The notes beneath the pieces are model-generated. The model was not told where the DNA came from. It saw only the letters and a list, made by a program, of their open reading frames with translations, and made no database searches. Below are positions 33,653 to 37,091 of a DNA stretch of 37,091 nt, in pieces (the stretch's first letter is position 1; every line of letters starts with the position of its first letter). The position numbers and the translations under genes were made by a program. This DNA comes from a virus (taxonomy: Duplodnaviria > Caudoviricetes). Location of the stretch: the IMG/VR virus record IMGVR_UViG_3300025381_000043, positions 1 to 37,091 of that record; one strand, written 5' to 3'.

Positions 33653-34866
33653 TACTCAATCACGCCCATAATAGGAGGTTGAATATCACCGTCAGTTCCT
33701 AATGTCGGAATCTGACCGCCAGCGGTAACTGTTCCTGCCAGAGCCTGGTTGAAGACGTCTCCACCTTCGTAGGTTTCGTAACCTTCCATGACGCGAACTT
33801 CATTTGGAGTGCGAGCACCCATCGCAACGTGGATCTGGTTAACCTTTGCGCGAGACAGAGCGTCTGAACGCAAGAGGTGAGAAGTATCGAAGACAACGTC
33901 GGTTCCTTCTGGGAACAAGTTGGACAAGCCAACCTCAAGGCGACGAAGCCACGGCATAATCGTGTGAGTCAAGAAGTTGATAGACGCTTGTTCGACGTTC
34001 TGATAGGTCTGATTGTCACCAGACGCGAGGATCAAGTGAGAAGGAATACGGAAGACGCGAGCAATGTCTCGTACAAGTTGCTCACGGGTTTCGATCATTT
34101 CCATGTCCGCCGCGGACGTGGTGATTGGCTTCCACTTTAGACCGTCAGAAAGAACGGCAGGCAAACGGTGCCTCTTGTGGGTATTGAGAAATGTATCACG
34201 AACTTGTGCCGCTTGTTCGCGAGTAAGCTTCTGATCCGTCTCAACTACTGAGGACGGCGTTGCGCCTTCTCCATAGAACTGACCGATATGACGGTCCATG
34301 GCCATCGCAATACCAATGAGGTTACGGTTCTGGATCATAGGCGAAACGCCGACCAAAGATTGGGGAGGCGTGATCCAGCGGAGATGGAGAAGTTCTTCGC
34401 TAGCAATATCGTTTCCGAGATGCAGGTACTTGCGGCCAATTTGGTCGCCGGTAGGAAGAACTTGCATTTGATAAGGGTGAAGTGGAACAAGGCCGATGAT
34501 GTTTCCGCGCTTGTCCTGATCCTTGTGGACGTAGGCGTTTCCGTGGAGAGCCAGGGAGAACATAATCTGGTGGATAAGCTCAAACATGTTTGATTCAGGA
34601 TCAGGGTACATAAGCACGTCAGGAAGACCCACTGAAACGCGCTTGCCCTTAACGATCTTGAAGGCTCGAAGCGGTAGCGAAGCTACGGTATCGGACAGGA
34701 GTGACACGCAACCCAGAACCGCAGAAATTCCTAGAGCAGACCACTCGTCGATACGCTCGCCTGCAGCAGACGTGATGTTCGTCTGACCATAAAGCTGAGA
34801 CAGCGGAGCGACGTAGTTGTTGAACTGAGGATAGCGTCCAACAATGCCACGCGTGAAGATACTCAT
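33652..34866 (-). CDS. Portal protein (HK97 family)
   Basis: VASLPL, LHGNAY, GVSP, IARVFRIP, YQNVEQ and TPNEVR. Confidence 0.95.
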   Translation of the reverse strand: MSIFTRGIVGRYPQFNNYVAPLSQLYGQTNITSAAGERIDEWSALGISAVLGCVSLLSDTVASLPLRAFKIVKGKRVSVGLPDVLMYPDPESNMFELIHQIMFSLALHGNAYVHKDQDKRGNIIGLVPLHPYQMQVLPTGDQIGRKYLHLGNDIASEELLHLRWITPPQSLVGVSPMIQNRNLIGIAMAMDRHIGQFYGEGATPSSVVETDQKLTREQAAQVRDTFLNTHKRHRLPAVLSDGLKWKPITTSAADMEMIETREQLVRDIARVFRIPSHLILASGDNQTYQNVEQASINFLTHTIMPWLRRLEVGLSNLFPEGTDVVFDTSHLLRSDALSRAKVNQIHVAMGARTPNEVRVMEGYETYEGGDVFNQALAGTVTAGGQIPTLGTDGDIQPPIMGVIE

Positions 34867-35039
34867 TCAGAACCTGCCGATCCAAGGGATGCTAGAAACG
34901 AAAGTGCGAAGATTGCTATTCCCCCGGCGATTAAGCCTGCGCCAAGACCGGCAATGACGCCGATGCCGCTGACAATAAGTCCTGCTCCAATAACTTCAAC
35001 GATCGAAGTCATCAAATCCAAGGTTACTCGGAATCGCAT
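34863..35039 (-). CDS. Small membrane protein preceding the portal
   Basis: Hydrophobic and Gly-rich, with an ATGA overlap with the portal gene. Confidence 0.7.
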   Translation of the reverse strand: MRFRVTLDLMTSIVEVIGAGLIVSGIGVIAGLGAGLIAGGIAIFALSFLASLGSAGSE

Positions 35040-36630
35040 AAGGGTCCCCCGTTTTTGTCGGTATGTTGTCGAGATTAAATGCTGCTGGTAAGAAATCACC
35101 CTGTGAGTGCCACCAGACGGCGCGCTCCAGAGCCATGACGGCTGAAACCGCCAAGTCGATGCGACGCGTAGATCCGCGCTTTTCTTTTGCTAGGCGTGAA
35201 CCTCGTTGATCCACGCGAAGCGTTGCGTTGCCTACGTGCCGAGCGAGTTGAGGATCGCCGTTGTGCGCCAGCTGCTTATTGACCACAGCTTCGTAGAAGC
35301 GGGTCGTTGCTGGTGTCATGCGTGATGCTGTCTGCGGAAATGTCACGACCGGCAGACCCTCTTCTTCGAGGACCTGGAAGGTTCGCGCCCAGCGATAAGG
35401 ATCGCAGGCGATTTCCACAACTTCATATTTGCGGCAAGCTTCTCGGATCGCCTCTTCGACGTCCATGATGGGTACTTGCCAGTCTGCTCCAGCCTCGTCC
35501 GGTTTTTCCCAGACGTTCAGCGGAACAACATAAGGAACTTCTTCGCAGGTAACCGCGACAATTACAGTGCAGTCTCCGTTGAACGATCCATCGAAGCCAA
35601 GAACGATTTTGCTGCCCTCTTCGAGAGGATGTGGATCAGCACAAGCATCCCAAGCGCCATGAGGAAGCCACGTATCGGAAGTCGACGTCCAGACATTTAA
35701 CCTCTTTGTCTTAAATTCAGCTTCAGGTGTCTGGAGTACCGCCGAGGCAAAGTCATCTTCCGCAACGATGTCGTTGAATCCGGGGTTAGCCGTCTCCCAA
35801 GCGAGAGGATCACGGAAGTCAATATCCGGATTTGCTTCCCACCAGGCAAAGAAAAAGCTGGGATCTACAACTTCACCGCTGGCAACGCGCTTGCCGTACT
35901 CATAGAGCTGATAGCAGAGTGAGTCTCGTCCACTGGAATCAACCTTGACCCCAGCAGTTGTAATAGCAACAAGCAACGGTTCCTTGCGCGCACCCATTGC
36001 GAGAGACATAACGTCAAACAACTCGCGGTTAGGCTGAGCGTGCAATTCGTCGAAGGCCACGAAGGTCGGCGATAAACCTTCCTTCGTGAACGCTTCAGCA
36101 GAAAGAGCCCGATAGACCGAACCGGTCTTTGGGTTGTAAATAGCGTCTCGATACACGTCGAGAATCTCAGACAATTCGGGCTGCATTTCCACCATGCGCT
36201 TGGCAGTGCCGAACACAATTTTTGCTTGTTCCTTTTCTGCAGCGCACGAGTAGGTTTCCCCGCCTGTGGGACCGAGGACTAGGTGCTCCAGTGCCAGCGC
36301 CGACAACCAAGCGGACTTGCCATTCTTACGGGGCAAGCCGATGAGTGCGCGCTTATGCTTGAGCGTTCCATCAGGTCGTTCTGCAAAAAGATTTTTTGTT
36401 AGCTCTGCTTGCCACCCTCGGAAAACCAAGGGTTCGCCAGCAGCACCAGCAACCGAGTCCTTAGTGATCGAACACAAGGTCTCGGAAAAGTCAATGACGT
36501 TCTGTCCCCTACTGTTGGGGTAATCCTTTGTCGACAACGGAGACAAGTATCTCGGTGGCCAACCCTGGATCTGCGGTGGCTTGTTGACGTTCGTTCCTCT
36601 TTTGGAGGAGCTGGTCGATTGCACTGACAC
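34996..36630 (-). CDS. terL: Terminase large subunit
   Basis: WQ, PRKNGKS, FDELH, ITTAG, ANP, GFDGS...D and IDLAV. GTG start after GAGGT. Confidence 0.96.
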   Translation of the reverse strand: MSVQSTSSSKRGTNVNKPPQIQGWPPRYLSPLSTKDYPNSRGQNVIDFSETLCSITKDSVAGAAGEPLVFRGWQAELTKNLFAERPDGTLKHKRALIGLPRKNGKSAWLSALALEHLVLGPTGGETYSCAAEKEQAKIVFGTAKRMVEMQPELSEILDVYRDAIYNPKTGSVYRALSAEAFTKEGLSPTFVAFDELHAQPNRELFDVMSLAMGARKEPLLVAITTAGVKVDSSGRDSLCYQLYEYGKRVASGEVVDPSFFFAWWEANPDIDFRDPLAWETANPGFNDIVAEDDFASAVLQTPEAEFKTKRLNVWTSTSDTWLPHGAWDACADPHPLEEGSKIVLGFDGSFNGDCTVIVAVTCEEVPYVVPLNVWEKPDEAGADWQVPIMDVEEAIREACRKYEVVEIACDPYRWARTFQVLEEEGLPVVTFPQTASRMTPATTRFYEAVVNKQLAHNGDPQLARHVGNATLRVDQRGSRLAKEKRGSTRRIDLAVSAVMALERAVWWHSQGDFLPAAFNLDNIPTKTGDPYAIPSNLGFDDFDR

Positions 36631-37039
36631 GTTTTACCTCGGCTACCCCTAGTCGCGAGCGTGACACCGGATCGAACCCAAGCGAAGCTAGAGCGTCGGT
36701 GAAAGCTTTGTTTATTTGTACGTAGGCTCGACCGTCGGCCGAGTCCAGTGTTGCCATGTACTTTGTCCGAGCCGCTGTCACGGCATCGGCGAGCTTGGCT
36801 GTGTTCTCAATCGCACTCATGTCTGACTGCGGTGATAACCAAGTTATTGCGCTGTCCCAGATCCTGTTCCAGAAGATCTTGCCATCGTCGCCCAGCATTG
36901 CGGGCGGTTCTGGGATCTTGTCAGCTCCGGGCAAAATCGTTACTTCCGAAAGTTCTCTCAATCGTCGGCCTCCACTATCAAGCCCTGGCGATCTTCCTGT
37001 CACGCGTTTAATCTCTGCCGGTTTTGGCGGACGTCCCAT
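36509..37039 (-). CDS. terS: Terminase small subunit (P27-like)
   Basis: MGRPPKP..IKR..G, PEPP..L...G...W and LGF.P.SRSRL. RBS AAGGGGG. Confidence 0.9.
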   Translation of the reverse strand: MGRPPKPAEIKRVTGRSPGLDSGGRRLRELSEVTILPGADKIPEPPAMLGDDGKIFWNRIWDSAITWLSPQSDMSAIENTAKLADAVTAARTKYMATLDSADGRAYVQINKAFTDALASLGFDPVSRSRLGVAEVKRVSAIDQLLQKRNERQQATADPGLATEILVSVVDKGLPQQ

Positions 37040-37091
37040 CTCAAATCCCCCTTGATCCAAGTCCGTTTCGTAATTTTGAGCGCGTGCGTAA

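Noticed and set aside
1-37091. Stop-codon reassignment
   Set aside because: Genes are intact under code 11, and TAG, TGA and TAA are all used as real stops.

Overview
This window looks like a near-complete ~37 kb genome of a siphovirus-type phage with an HK97-like head. The likely host is an actinobacterium, inferred from the gene families. It is linearised between the terminase-associated HNH gene (left end) and terS (right end), where a cos site is expected. Almost all genes are on the minus strand. The late arm runs terS, terL, portal, an ADP-ribosyltransferase, prohead protease and capsid. Next comes an ~8 kb block with two glycosyltransferases, a Thr-rich collagen-like fibre and glycine-rich paralogues. 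After that come the head-tail and tail genes (with a -1 frameshift chaperone) and the lysis cassette. The early arm runs an HTH regulator, a nucleotide cassette (dCMP deaminase, dUTPase/dCTPase, dNMP kinase, Asp-type thymidylate synthase homologue), resolvase, exonuclease, a minimal C5-methyltransferase, SSB, transglycosylase and primase-helicase with an iteron-like origin. A proteasome-beta-like protease and the HNH gene follow. A small four-gene plus-strand operon diverges from a symmetric control region. I saw no integrase, replicative DNA polymerase, tRNA or CRISPR array. The most interesting signals are: (1) an ART cassette that appears to split the prohead protease gene and carries putative maturation sites; (2) a BclA-like collagen plus glycosyltransferase module, possibly making a glycosylated virion fibre; (3) a probably dCMP-specific thymidylate synthase cassette; (4) hairpins with anti-SD-like C-rich loops; (5) an ATA-initiated membrane gene in the lysis region. 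All calls come from reading motifs by eye. No database searches were run.
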